From contig CM022665.1 of assembly GCA_012295275.1 (NCBI GenBank), positions 32,612,001-32,676,000 on the forward strand: 64,000 bases of DNA. Direction: 5' to 3'. Positions 27,801 to 42,364 of this stretch are shown piece by piece. A program made the translations under genes and the position numbers. Source of the stretch: Chrysomallon squamiferum (taxonomy: Eukaryota > Animalia > Mollusca). How positions within the stretch are numbered: the stretch's first letter is position 1; the number at the start of each line of letters is the position of its first letter. The notes below the pieces were generated by a model, which saw only the letters and a program-made list of their open reading frames with translations, was not told the DNA's origin and made no database searches.

Positions 27801-29779
27801 CTCAGTTGAGTTTCTTTAAGGTAGTGTTTGTGTTTGTGTTTACAAGCAGTTCAAAGTAGTGTTGTTAACAGTTGACATTTTTTTGGAAAATTACCAAGAC
27901 CAGAAGGTAAATTAATGCATGTGTATGTGAAGATATGAGTTCAACTTCATGTGATCTTCAATAGGGCTAATATTTGCTAGACTTTTGTTCATCAGATTCC
28001 TTTATTTTCTTACTTAGGGTGTCCATTGTGGTTTCATTATCGGCATGCATGAGTCAGAAAGGCAGTACCAATTACAAGTGTAATTATTTTCAAGGAAAAC
28101 TTGACATGGTGTTTTTTTTTCTCTCTTTTGTTTTGCTATTAATAATTTGAAAGTGTTACAAACTTTTAACACGAAATGTTGATTTTGCAGACAGTACAGT
28201 AAACAGGATCTTGGGCCCAACAAACTAAATATTTATAAAAATATTTTTGAATTTTATTACTTGTTAATGCATTGTAATGTTAATAAAACATATAGTGTAT
28301 CACATGAATGAAGTGTAGACATTTTTATACTCACACTTAATTTGAAATGCTTAGTTCAGTTTAGCGCATACTTAAAACACACGTATGTAAATGTTCTCAT
28401 ACTGACAAGATTATATTTGTTCAGTCATATAAAATACATGTAGGTAAAAAATAATAATAATAAAATTTACAGACTGATTCATATCATCTTACTAAAAAAA
28501 GATTTGAATTTTACATAAGCAGCTTTAAAACCTGAGTACTGCATTCTTCAAAGCTGCATACTTGTATATAATCATTTTTTAAAAGATCTTTTGTGTTAAT
28601 TTTAGTTCTATCTGCATTGTATATGCCTATGGGATGTTGCTGATTATACCTATGTGGTATGTGACTCTCTTATTTCACAATGACCGCATTCATAAGCCAG
28701 TCATAAAACAGTAATGTTAGCAAGGAGTTCTGTAAAGTGATAATAATAGATAGCAGTTGGATCTCAGTTTGCCACTCTTGAATTACTGAACACAATACAG
28801 ACTTAGATTACTGAAGGGATACACTGAAAGTGTATGTAGATAAAGAAGTCGGTTACTATAACATGCTGTTATAAGTCACTTGTTTTAAATTCTACTTGTG
28901 TAATTTTGCTTGGTTGTAGGCAGCAGGACTTTATTTCTCCTATTCCAGTGGTACCTCAAATTCTGTCCCTAACAACTTTAATCCTAACCCTAACTTCCTG
29001 GTTGAAATGATTAAACGAGAAAAATATTTCTATTTTTATTGGTGGAAACAGTCCAGGTGGGTTATATGACAAAGAACAGAAACAATATGCCATGAAGTTT
29101 CAAGTTCTTTGTGACAATACAGATGTACCCATTATTTCACCATGAATTGTATATCAAAAAAAAAAATAAAAAAACATAAAAATAATAATAATAATAAAAA
29201 TAAATAAATAAATAAAGTAAAACAAGCAAATGACAAACAACATGAAATCTTTGATGCTCCATATATAATATAAATATACCACCAACATAAACAAATAAAA
29301 CAAAAACTATAATAATAAAAACAAAGACCTAAAATTGATGATATATTGGACTAAAGCTGTATGTAACAGTTGATTGACCTGTTTGAAGTTGACACACATA
29401 CATGACATGGTAAGGAAATAAATAACAACATATGTGTAATTTATTATTAATAGTATTAGATGTTGGTTTTAAATTGTCAAAGTCAGCTGGTGCACTAGAA
29501 TTTTCTTAATCCTTTGTTTTGGAATCATGCAGTGAAATCTTTTCGTAGATTACTTTCCCCATGTAGTTTTATTTTTACACTGATTAATCATCTATGAAAA
29601 AAAAAAAAAAAAAAAAAAAAAAAGTGGGGCAAAGTAATTTATGTAAAACAGCAAAATATTTTTTTTAAAGGTAGTATTAAATTCATTTAAAATAGCAGGA
29701 TAATATCGTAGGATTGACTAAATAAAGGAATATTTGTCTAATAACACAAGATGATATTTTAATATTACATAAAAGATTA

Positions 29780-29980
29780 AATGAATGTTTATTTAATAAC
29801 ACCTCATTCCATTTTAATGTTAATAATTATTTTATGTCAGACACAGAGTTTTTGTATGAAGATGATACAAGAGGAAACCTGCTGTTATCACTTCAAGGTT
29901 TACTTCTATAGATCAGCAACAGGTGGTATTTAATATATACCTTACCACATATAATATTTCACATAATACAGCCTTGGAGA
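29780..29980 (-). mobile_element. Decayed SINE-like repeat, family A 3' part
   Basis: gtttatttaataacac is close to the reverse complement of the 3' end of the 22805 copy; gatcagcaacagg matches the central motif. Confidence 0.45.
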
Positions 29981-32222
29981 GTTGTGAAACACTGCAAGAG
30001 AATTAATTTAGGATGACGCAAACTTCATGATACCTTTCGGAAAAGTAAATGTTGGATTATACCTGCATTTTAAATTTTAATTTTTAATTTACTTTCAAAG
30101 TGTTCAAAGTGAAATTTAGAAGCTAGTAAAATATCTAAAGTATATCAGCTTTTGTAGATGTATTAATTTTTGAAAACATCAGTTTTAATCTTGACAGGCA
30201 TCATGATACTTAAATTTTAATTTATTTTATTATTTTTAAATCTACTTTTTCATTACTGATAAAGAGAAATGAATATTCTACTTTTTCTTGTTTTTTTGTT
30301 TTGTTTTTTTCATTCTAAAATGAGAATGAAAAGAAAGGGGAGAAGATGATTAATTTTAAATTTCCATGGCTAAACATTGGACTGAACCACAGCCCAGCAG
30401 GTTACCAGACAAGGTTTGTCGCCATGGTAAATATCTTTATTGTGTTGATCATTAACAAGTAGGTTTCACACACCAAGAGATGTTTAAGAAAATGACCCAC
30501 TTAACATTGGTCTTGACAACATTTTGTCAGTTTTATGATGGTAACCTGAAACTTCATAACCAGTTCACAGATTAACAATTATTATCACAAATTAGTTTTT
30601 TCCCAATCTGTTAATAAATGACATACTTTTCTTTTGTGATGTTCTGCTTTGTGATTCATTTTAAACATGCTATCATTTTTATTTCATTTAATTTTGGTAT
30701 AGGGTTATTTGAAATAGAATATAAGAAAACTTGTTTTTTCCTTTTTTTTCAAGTTAATAAAAATAAATAATTAATAAAATGCATTAGTTTTGATTTTTTT
30801 AAAATAGAAATAAATATATTCATTTATATCAAAACAATGTTGAAAAAGTTAAAAATAATTGATGGAACATATACAATTATTCAGCATCAACTAATATTTA
30901 TAACAAATAATAATGATAACTGCAGTTTGATTTCAGCTTTTAACTTCCTTGTTATACTTAGGAATGTGATTTTCAGTGCAGTGGGACTGATATGTTTTCT
31001 TAATTTAGCTGTTAGACTTAGTACTCATCATGCAGTAAGAATACCTGCAAATGTATTGTGCCTTACTTCATATTTTAATCATTGTTACAGTTTACTTTAA
31101 TTACAAAATTCTTTTCATCTTAAGTCATGATTTAAAAAGCACCTTGCTGCTTATTCTGGACACTGTAATTTATTATTGTTATTATTATTATTATTATTAT
31201 TATTTGTAAATATTAATGTCTTTAAAAATCCAGGTAGCCTGATAAGCATTTACTGAAAATGGGACTGTACACGTAATCTGAAAGGATAACATAACGTTTC
31301 AAACTTACTATTATACAGTAACACTTTTGTTGTGATGTGAAGTTCCCCCCACTGTGGGGCTCCAAGTTGGATTCAAAGCTAACAGCTCCCTTTTGTTGAC
31401 ATGGTGTAGTTCCCTACTGAGGTGCTCAGAGGATTCATCTAAAGTTAATCCCAAAATGATATATTTCTCTCTTCGACTTGGTGACAATGTGGATGTCTTA
31501 GTAACTAAATTTTGAACTTGAAGAAAGTGTTTTCAGTTTGTTTTCACTTCTGACATTCTTTCTTTCTTGGGCAATTATTGACAAATAATACAAAGTCTGT
31601 TATATTAAATCCTTGCCCCTCTGTGTTTTGAAAACAGTGGATTAGCATAAAAAAGGTATTGGCCAACATACCTTCTGTAAGTCACATTCAAGCTGATGTA
31701 CCTGTTTTGAATCTTGATGTCTAAACACTTTTGGAATTTTGATTAGCCTAACAGTCTTCAGGACCAGTGAATAAACTATTTTGAATGAAAAAGTTGGGTG
31801 GGGTGGATTTCTTTTGTTTCTTCGTTTGCTCGATTATTTAAAATAACAACAAACTATGTATCACTAGATTAACATTAACTATAAATAAATAAATAAGTCT
31901 TCTATAGCTATGCAAAAAACGATTTTTTTATTAAGGATAATAAAAAATAAAAAAATTAAAATAAAAATCTCAGGTAATTATCTCAAGCTGAAATTACACT
32001 TCTCTTAATGTCAATTGTAATAGTCGATTTGCTCTTCAGGAGTACTTTTAATAAATCGAATAACTTGCAGGTGGTCTTTGTAAAATGAAAAATATTTCAC
32101 TTTCTTGTAAAAAAATAAAAAAAAAAAAAAATAAAAAAAGTTGAGTGTAAAATGTCTATAATGTGGAAGTTAAAATCTGTTAAACACTTCCACCACTTTC
32201 TGTGCATTGTAATTGAAAATAA

Positions 32223-32261
<39 letters not shown>

Positions 32262-34189
32262 GCTAATAATAAAATAATCATGAAATGATCTTGAATGTAT
32301 AACATGTATTTTATTTTATTTCAAAAAGTTCTGTACATTATTAAAAAAATAATAATAATAAAAATAAATTCTGGAGAAAATATAAAACTAGTATTCAGGT
32401 TTATTTCAATAGTTCCTTTTTATCATGATAAAAAAAAATAATAATAAACCCACTCAAACAATCTGTATCATCTTCTTCACAACAGAAACTCTGTCAAATC
32501 TTTTTAATCACTAAAAACACTTGAAGTGCAACATTAAAATTTATTTTCACCATTTATATAATCATCAAATGTATGAGTTGCTTTTCAATTGGTGTGAAAA
32601 AGTTATTGAAAAAATACCCCAAAAAACTGTGGAATTTAAAAAAATAAAATAAAAAGTTTAAAATAAAATCTTGTAAAAGAAATAAACACAAAAAGCATAT
32701 ACCTGATTTTTTTTTCAGTTATAAATAAAAATAAAAATAATAAGAACATAAAATGATAAAAAAATGAAAAGCTGTTCCAGTAAAATCTCATAAAGTTATT
32801 TTATTTGTTTTCTATTCTTCCTAAAACACCACCACCCCTAAGAAAAATAATTAACACTGCTATCATCAGAGATCTTAAAAACTCAAATAGGAATCTTTAA
32901 TAACTTAAAGTAAAAATCATAGTGTCACTGAATATCATCAAATTCTGACTCACCGTTTTCTACCAGTAACTTTGAACCCCATTTAAATGCAGTAACTGCT
33001 GAACCTCAATAATAAATAAAAAAATTTTAAGAGACACTGTGGTTTTATTCTTCAATACATTTTCCACATCTTTTGTGTTCTTTCATCTGTTTTGACATGT
33101 ATCAGTACTATAACTCACAACCCTGTTATCAAATAAGCTAAACTAATAATTTGTATTCAGACAGATTTTTTTTCTTTCATCCAATGAATTATACATCATA
33201 TCAAATAGGTATTTTTAAGTCTTGACTGCAGAGCAACGGAAGCTACTAGAAGCATTTATTTTCCCAACAACTGGCCACTTAAACAGAGAGTTACTATAGA
33301 AGAAGAAAAGTTTTGGCTTTGACATGTTATTTTCTGGTTCACTGCTTTTCATTATTAAGACATGAGAATGTGACAGGCCTGCTGTGATTTCAGGTGTCAG
33401 TTCAAATTTAAAAAAATAAAATGTTTTCAATAACACACAGTAAGTCCTGAAATAATAACCATAACCATGCTAGGAATCTGCTGTCTTCAAGATTTCATGC
33501 TTAGCTATTACAGCTGTAGGGGACTTGGGTATTATCAATGAAAAATCTATTCAAGATCATATACAGCACTGGAAATTTATCCAGGATGCAGCAGTTACAT
33601 ATACTGCTTACTACTACTCCCTTGGATTGTTATAGAATAACAACATTGTTCCGAGAGAGCATCCAAGAAATTGTCTCCATTGAATTATCTGGTGCATTCT
33701 TATATTGCATGTGACTTGCATAATGAAAGAGTTATTATTCATAAAACTATCAGATAATATTGTATTGTTAAGGACTAACAGATTTTTTCTATCTCTCCAT
33801 CCAGCAGTAAGAGACTGTCTTTACAACTTTTGTCACACTGGATTATCAAGTGTTGTTGGGTTTTTTTAACAGTCTGTCCAAGACGTTATATGGGATTATC
33901 AAAGATTTCTGAAAATATATATCAATGAGATTACCACTGAGGGTTTTTAATGTCACTGGATTATGAAGCATTGTTACATATATTCATCCATTAGAAGATG
34001 AAGTATGCATTTTAAGAATAGATTGAAAAATTCATATTCAAAGAAGATAGTTTATGCACGCTTGATATTAACTACAATATTGGTTTATGAGGTAATGACA
34101 GATCTGATTCAGGATTTTATCCACTCTTGATATTGTGTCTTTCCAGAATTTACAAAACTGGACTTCATTTCTGTCATTAAATTTTCAGC

Positions 34190-34232
34190 ATGCACAAACT
34201 TCATCTTCAACACTCTCAGACATTTCCAAGAG
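34190..34232 (+). CDS. Candidate alternative first coding exon (MHKLHLQHSQTFPR + G, phase 1)
   Basis: ATG at 34190, 14 codons + 1 nt, donor AG|GTTAGT (weaker); in frame with the 51055 exon. Confidence 0.25.
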
Positions 34233-37058
34233 GTTAGTTGTTTTCTGAAAATTAAATTACATTTTGACTAATAAATTGATTCACAAATACTTGTATCTGT
34301 ATATATGATATGTAGATCTAGCTCTGTGTTTAATACATTAGCTGCTATGTGCTACTTTTTATAATGAAGTCATATTCTGTCTTTCCAACTTACTGTTGCC
34401 ATCTCATCTATCTGTGTGGGTGCGTGTATATGTGTGTATGTTTCTTAAGTCTATTAGCCAGTCATAGGGTGACCCTTGTTTTTTGATTTTTGATTTATTT
34501 TTTAAACATGCATTATTAATTTTCTCTTTCAAATTTATCACATTGTTTATATATATAAACACTGATGATAAAACTACATTTAGCCCCAAAACAGAAAGCT
34601 TAATACTTGACCATACATAAATCTTCACCTATAAGTATTTTGTTAATAATATGTTTTTCTTTCTTTTTTTCTCAGATTGTTCATGATAACAGATTATAAA
34701 ACAACCCAAGAAATGACAAAAATCAGCTTTGTAGTTCCCCCCCCCCCAAAAAAAAGAAGGTATATAAGCATTTTGTTATGGAACCTAATATTATTATCAG
34801 GTGGAAAGTTCAGTGGTATTAAGTAGCCAGGTATAGCAGTCACAATTGTGTGTAGGGAGTTTTCAGTGCTTAAGATGTCCTATTGATTACATGCTAATTG
34901 CAGTGTTAATGGTCATGTATGGCTGCCATTGGTCTAAACTGCAGTGGTTGTTACTCATGGTACAATGTTGGTTTGTGTCCAGTTAACCAGCAAATTTAAA
35001 GGTTTTGTTGTGTTCCCACCCTTGTGGATCAGGGTGGGTGGTGGTATTCTACAATTATGAATGAAAACAAACATATTTGAATGATTTAGCAAGATTTCTG
35101 TTGTTGAAAAGAGAATGATAGTAATAATATAATTAAGAAGGATTAACTGGTACTTAGTACAAGTACAGTTAAAAATGGATGAAATATTTAACACCTCAGT
35201 TAACTTGTCTGCAAACGTTAAACATGAAATTGTCTGTTTGATAAATGCTTAAAATGAAGCCTGCTGCTACCAATGCACAGATTATTACTATTTATTAACA
35301 AGAAATCTAATGTATGCACTTTCCCATGTATAGAAAGAAACATAGGACAGTTTCCAATGCAGGACTATGTATTCATGGGTTTGTTATAAAACAATATTTG
35401 AAATGAAAAAATCTTAATGTCCCTTTACAGTGGAAGATGTAGTAAATTTATTTTCAGTTTGAAATAAAATCTTTGTGCTTCATTTTCGGTGTAAAATAAA
35501 GGAATATTTTTATATATTTCATTTTAAATTTTGTTTTTAATATTACTTAAAAAAAAAAAAATAATAATAATAATTAAAAAAATATATAATAATCATCATT
35601 CTTTCTTTTGTATTTTGTATTTTTTCTTTTCTGTTTGATCACTGTATGTATATATTCTGTTGGCTTGGTCTGAAATACTGAAATTAAACTTACTGTTTTG
35701 TACTACCATTTTATGTTTCAAATTTAGATTTAGAAGAATTTTTATTTATTTTAACAGTACACTACATATTCTTTCTGTTCAGCATGTGCCTTTTATCTGT
35801 CTATATCATCACAGAAGAAAGGAACTACTATGAAATAAATATATTTTAGAAATATACTATGAAAAGACTGAAGCTCAATAGCTTGATTTGCAGCCAAATG
35901 ACTCCCCATTCATTTACATGCTTTTTCTGATTCTAGTCAGTGCTCCACAGTGTTATTTTATATATGTGTGTGTGTGTGTGTGTGTGATGCAATATATTTA
36001 TATAACAGAATGATCAGAGTATAATAATTATTCATATTAAGATGTATTAAGGTATCATCAAACAAATGTCCATTCATGGTTTTAGATGTATTTAAGAAAT
36101 TTGAAACCAGTACATAAGGGGTTAGAGCCTGTAAGTGGTAAGGAGCACTTTTTGCAAAAATAACTTTATAAATGCTTTCTGTTTAATATTTTTATTGCAC
36201 CATATATTTTACATATAAGAACAATACCTGTGTTATCTACTTCAGATATTGTTCTTCCAGTATTGTTTTATAGTTTTCACCTGGGACTGGTTTTAATGTT
36301 ATATGAGGTGTTCAAGAATGTGTCAGAAGTTTTAAGCTCTAATGTTTTTTATTAGATATAAAATAAAGTCACACATTCCTTGTTGAATTTTAATTTCATG
36401 ATAATCCAGTGAAAAGAAAGGTAAAGGATATAGGAAAAGTTAAAACATTTTAGATAGAGATTCTGGTGCAAGATGCTTGTTTGATAATAATAAATACTGT
36501 CATTTGTTAGTAACTGATAGCAGTAATTCAGCAGCAGATATTTTGTTTTCATTTATAATTTTGGGAATATTCACAATTACAGGAAAAGAAAATACAACTC
36601 AGAGGTTTTTTTTAGCATACACTTCAAAACGAAACTGATGACAATGTGCATTATTTCTTCTTTGTGGATAAAATATTTTATTGCTTTTCTGTTAAACAAA
36701 ATTTATTATTTGGTTAATATGGATTATTGAAACATCAACTGTACACATAGCCATAACAATTTGCTGTCTTGCAGTATATCACAACATTACTTTTATTGCA
36801 TTGTAACAGTACAGAAAAAAAAAGAAGTAAATAAATAAAATAAAATAAATAAATAAAGGAAATATTCATTATTAGTGTTTTTGTGTTTGTTATATTTTTC
36901 AACTATAATTATAAAAAATGTTGTCTGTCATTCATGAGGTGCCTTGTTCATTTGCAAGTTTATGTATATGTTTATACCCAACACTTTCCCATGTATGTGA
37001 GTAATTAAGAATATGTATTGGTGTACATAAATTATCAGAATATCTCTTTGTTCATCTA

Positions 37059-37639
37059 CAGGGTGTCCCAAAAGTAACCAAACCACAAACTTAAATAAAA
37101 TTAGATATTAAAAACAACAAATTTAATCTGTATATTTAGTATTTACAAATGTTCAAAATGTTCGTTTAAATCTAAAGTTCTTCACTGCATTTTTAAGAGT
37201 GAGGGTAGCATTTCAAGTCAAACCATGGAGAGTCCAGTAGCGCGCGCTGAATAAGAATCAAGCTCTGACGTAGGAACAAAACCAATAAGACCAGCAAAAA
37301 GATTCAGGTGTAACGTCTGCCTTTATTGCAGTACAGAAAGCAACTGTCCGGAGAGCAAGTTGCAGGAGAAAGAACATGGGACGCCTAGGCCTAGGAGAAC
37401 ATGAACAGTATTAACAGACCGCGTCATAGACGTCTGCATCGTCGCGGTAAAACAGAAGTCTCAATCATGAAGAACACTACAATCAGGTAACAAAAATCAT
37501 TCCAAAGACTGCTACTGACAGAAGTAAACGAATAGTACAAAAGATAACATAAAATGACATAAAAGATCGAATTAAATTTGTTATTTTTAATATCTAATTT
37601 TATTTAAGCTTGCAGTTCGGTTACTTTTGGGACACCCTG
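37059..37639 (-). mobile_element. Tc1/mariner-type MITE / deletion derivative, 581 bp
   Basis: TA TSD at 37057-58 and 37640-41; ~70-bp TIR CAGGGTGTCCCAAAAGTAACC..TTAAATAAAATTAGATATTAAAAA..AACAAATTTAAT; minus-strand remnant NEHFEHL* near 37142-37167 resembles a mariner-type transposase C-terminus. Confidence 0.9.
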
Positions 37640-39641
37640 TATATTTGTATATCACATAGCAGATCTGACTCAGGAAATATTTCTATGGAAAAGGTCTCAT
37701 TATTATTTATTTGTTGCACTTCTGTCATGCCAGTACTCAGTACCTAGTACAGGAAAAGGACAAAAGAAAATAATCTAAAGGTGTCCATAATAAGGATTAA
37801 TCCTGTGACCTTTTGCACCTTTTGTGACTGTGCAGTCACTAAGCTTTATATTAAATATGTACATTAACAGCTTAGAGTAAAGACTGGATGGACAATACAA
37901 ATTGTGATAAAGAACATTAATTTAAAACAATAGTTCATTATTTACATTAAAAATGATGCTATGCTATATTAATTTAAAACAATAGATTTAATCATATCCT
38001 AAATTTGTAAGAAAAAAAACAAACAACCTAATTATATATGTACAATCAAATTGACCAAGCCTTGCTAGCCATCTGGTGACATAAAAGCATTCTTTCATCT
38101 ATTTATGATAAGCAGATGTAGTGATATATGTGTATTTGTTACTGTGTGTAAAGTATGTGAGCTTTTTTTGTTCAGGGTCATTTTATTTTAAAAAGTCTTT
38201 TTGTTTTTGTTTTCTTTTTTTATGAGTTAATTAAAAGCTATATAATTCATGATAATTATGATTATTAAAAGTTTAATTCAGTATGTATTCCCTAATTCCT
38301 GTGTGCATCTCACACGAATACACACACATACAAAACCCACAGGTATGAAGAAACAGAACAAAATTTTCAGAATCTTTGGTTAAGTATATTTTAGGTTAAT
38401 ACTTTAATACAGATTTAACACTCTGTCTTCCAAAATACTGAGAAGATACTTCCAAAAACATTTCCAGATACTGAGACGTTTTTTCCTCACCTACATGCTA
38501 ATATGACACTGTAAGGAAAAGATCAACAAGTTGTTTTCAGAAACAAAACCATTGTCATAAATCCATACAGCATGCACACACAAAGCATTAAAAAACCAAA
38601 TGTTCCTGCATGACATTTCAGATGTGCAGGTGTTGTAATGGGAAGGATATATTTCACTGCCTGTTATACTCTACACTGGTACAAAACACCATTAAGTCAA
38701 TTTTCTAGGTTGAATTTACAAAACAGCTTTGTCCCCATTCACTTTAACCTTTACTTGATTTAAAAGATTAAAAATTAGAGTGATAGTATCTGTAATGATT
38801 AAAAAAAAAACAAGAGAAAAAAAACTCTAGAGTAAGATTGTGTTTGCTGCATAATGATAGACAGGAGTGGGTTGCATGGCATTATACTTTGCCTTTTTAT
38901 TGAAGTAAAGCTGTTTTGTTACAGTATTTATTTAGTCTTAATAATTACTATTCTCAGTTGGAGGCCTATAAATTCTAATAAAAGTGTTTTTAATTTTTGC
39001 CTCCTTCTTTCATGTCACACTTGTTTGACTTAGAGCAACCCCGACTGTGATTATACAGATGAAGCAACACCAAGGGTTTAAAACACCACACCACCATTGC
39101 CCTTTACATGCTGTTGAGCATCAGCTTAATAGTGCCTTGCTAGAAATTGCTAGAACACACCTAAAACAAAACTTCTGTATCTAAATTAAAATTTAGAGAT
39201 ATAAAAGAATAAAGAAAAAAGCTGTAGATATTTTATTATTAACATATTTCATAAAAAAAATAAAATTCAAATATATTCTTTAGTAGAAAAGAATTTTATA
39301 AACACATCGGCAATCTAAGGCATAATTGCAGAGGATATCAAGTTAGTATGTTAGACCTTTTCTTCATTATGGTCATGATAGGAGATAAGACCAATACCTG
39401 TTACTTAACCAGTACATTGTTAAAACTTATACATTCTTACCACTTTATTGAAAGGTGTAAGGTTTCTTTTTACATATTTTACATATTTTCTGGTCACTGT
39501 GAAGGTACACATTAAAGATTAATTTTGCTACTAATAAGAGTTGCTTACATCATTATTATAAAACAAATATAAACAGACACTCATTATTGTAAATAAAAAA
39601 TACTGAAGTCTGATTTACACATTTTGCTTTTTAATTCATTA

Positions 39642-40405
39642 AAGGTGGTACCTTGACTTACGAGTGCCCCAGCTTAAGAGTTTTTTGAGTTACGAGCAGC
39701 CCCCCCCCGTCTATTTTTTGCTTTGATTTGGAAGCCAAAATCTGAGTTACGAGTGAGCTTCAGAAACACCGCCGCTAGCTGACGCAACGAACAACACAAC
39801 ATCCGCCCAGCATCCCCCTACTCACTCATTTACTTCACATGGTTACCTTGCTGTGGAAGCATCTCTGTTATGTTGTGCTCACGTTTTGTGCACTATTTTG
39901 CCAAATTTCTTTTTTCTGGCCATGGATCCTAAGCAGGTGAGGCAAAGGACAGTGCTGAGAAGAAGAAGCGGATGATGTCCATTGAATTAAAGCATGAAAT
40001 CATAAAAAACATAATAGTGTGCATGTAGTCGACTAGGCTAGGCAGTATCAGCGAAGTACTTCTACGATATGTACCATACTGAAGCAGAAGGAGTTGATAA
40101 AGGATATAACTCCAGCCAAAGGCGTTAAAATAATTTGTCTGATCTCCAAGATAAATACACTTTACAAAAGCAATGTATTTTTTTATTTTGTTTTTATACA
40201 ATATTTGTTATTTATAATACATTTTTTCTTATTTAAAAACACATTACAAAAAAAAAAAAAAAATAGGGTGCTTTTTGGGGGGGTTGGAATGGATTGATGG
40301 TATTTCAATTCATTTCAGTTGGGAAAACTGATTTCATATATGAGCAAAATTGAGATACAAGCTTGATCTCAGAATGAATTAAACTTGTAAGTCAAGGTAC
40401 CACTG
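39642..40405 (+). mobile_element. Tigger/pogo DNA transposon deletion derivative, ~765 bp
   Basis: TIR GTGGTACCTTGACTTAC at about 39645 and GTAAGTCAAGGTACCACTG ending 40405 followed by TA; left tip slightly degenerate; subterminal TTACGAG repeats at about 39658, 39690 and 39747. Confidence 0.88.
39922..40138 (+). pseudogene. N-terminal Psq/CENP-B-type HTH remnant of a Tigger transposase
   Basis: With frameshifts and a stop: MDPKQV..KDSAEKKKRMMSIELKHEII..VVD*ARQYQRSTSTICTILKQKELIKDITPAKGVKII, typical of TIGD1-like Tigger transposases. Confidence 0.85.
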
Positions 40406-41836
40406 TATATCAGTGTTTGCATGTGTGTTCTAATTTAATCACAGATGTGGGGATTGAAAAGTATAATTTACACCTGGATAAATTGAGAAAATAGAAGAAA
40501 AATAAAAATACAATTTTGGAGAGTATCAGTTAGGAGAAGAGTTAGTTATAAAAAAAAGAACTGAACATGTAAAAATTGTTAGTTTTATTTTTTTTTAATT
40601 ATTATTTTTTTTTTTATTGCTAGCCTCTGTCAGTTTTGATGACAGTTGGCAGAACTGTTTGTTGTGGTTATAAAACGATTCATTTTGAAACAAATTTTTT
40701 TATTTCTTTCAGTATCTTTACACAATCATTTTATTTTGCTACTTAAATACTGTAAAATAAGTTTAAAAAAAAAGAAAGAAAAAAGTAAAAGTTTTAATTC
40801 CTTTTCAGAAAAGCCACTCATCTTGTTTAAAAGAATTTATTTTTATTTTTTTTAATTATTATTGTTTGGTAAATGTTATTCTTTGATCAGCATATCTGCA
40901 GACAGGTGACAGACACCTCTGATTGGTTTCTGTAACAAAACACCAACACAAGTCTCCTATTTCCTTTGTCATCTTGACATTCTGAAATGACCAGCAGGCA
41001 ATTACTGTGGGCTTTGAACTCAGGTGTAGGATGTAACAGTTGTGTTAATCTGATCTTTCACAAACATTTAGCACTTCACTGGCCTGGTACATCACATCAC
41101 ATCTAGTGCTAGCTCAGTAGTATAGCAGTGGTGTGAATGATGTCAGGATCTATTCTCCTTTCTGCATGTATTAAGCATAACATACATTTAAAATATTTGT
41201 TTTTGCTAATGAATGTTTAAACTTAATTTACCTATATTACCGAATTTTATTATAGTTTGGTACTGAGTTCCTGAAATTATATAGAATCTATAAAATGTTT
41301 TTAAGTTGTTTATATCATATAAATATTAACAGTCTAAAATAAAGTTTTACTCTAAAACAAAAAAATTCAAATTTATTTTTAATCTTTTTGTTTGTTTGTT
41401 TTTATTTCATTTTTTAATATTTTAAAAATTTAGACTTTTTATCACTACAGAAACTGTTTTTTTTTTGGCTGTACATTACAGAATAATGGTCTATTTTTTT
41501 AAACTGTTTTGTTTGTATTTGGCTCACTTTGATTCTTTGATATTTTTTTTTTTTTGTAGTTATTTATACTTGTTGATCTTGCAAATCATTTTTTACACTT
41601 AGAACTGGAACTTATGCTAAAATAAAAAAACAACAGTGACTGGAATAAACAACTTTTCACCTTTTGATTCCAAGGATAATCTTATGCAAAATGTGAATGT
41701 GAGATGGGTTTCCCTTTTTTCTTCAAAAGTTTAACATTTTTATTTATTTGTATTTTATGCAAACTCTGTATTAATATAGTCTTTTATATGCATATAGGTG
41801 ATTTATAACTTCAGTACAGTTTGCCTGGGGGATTTT

Positions 41837-41843
41837 ATGATAG
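41837..41843 (+). CDS. Candidate alternative first coding mini-exon (MI + G, phase 1)
   Basis: ATG ATA G|GTGAGT with a consensus donor; in frame with the 51055 exon. Confidence 0.3.
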
Positions 41844-42329
41844 GTGAGTGATGTATTGTTCGTATTATTTTTTCAAAATATATATTTTTTTCTTTTCTTT
41901 GTTTTATTTGTTTCCAAAAAAAAGTAAAAATAAAATAAAATAAATTAAAATAAAATAAAATAAAAAAATAAAAAAAATAAACAAAGGAACTTGAAATTGA
42001 ATTAAATCACAAGCAAACTGATTACCTGAAACAAAATCCAGGTAAATAATAGTAAAGTTAGAAGAACTATGGCTACAGTTTTAAAACTTTAATAATTTAA
42101 TCTTCTTACTTCTTGATTAACATGGAACAAAAATAATGTAGACAAATTACCTGTATGTGACCTTTACCAATCTGTTCTAATTGGATAAGTTAAAAAAGGA
42201 CATTTTGATATACATGTAAAAGGATAAATATTATTTGAGTAATTTTTCCCTTTTTAAAATTAAAACTATCAATTCTTCAAAATGGCTGTGACATTCATTC
42301 ATTATTTATATGCAAATATTCTTGGAAAC

Positions 42330-42364
<35 letters not shown>

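Noticed and set aside
28966-28994. ccctaac/cctaaccctaac as interstitial telomere
   Set aside because: Only two or three imperfect units; more likely a small TE fragment.
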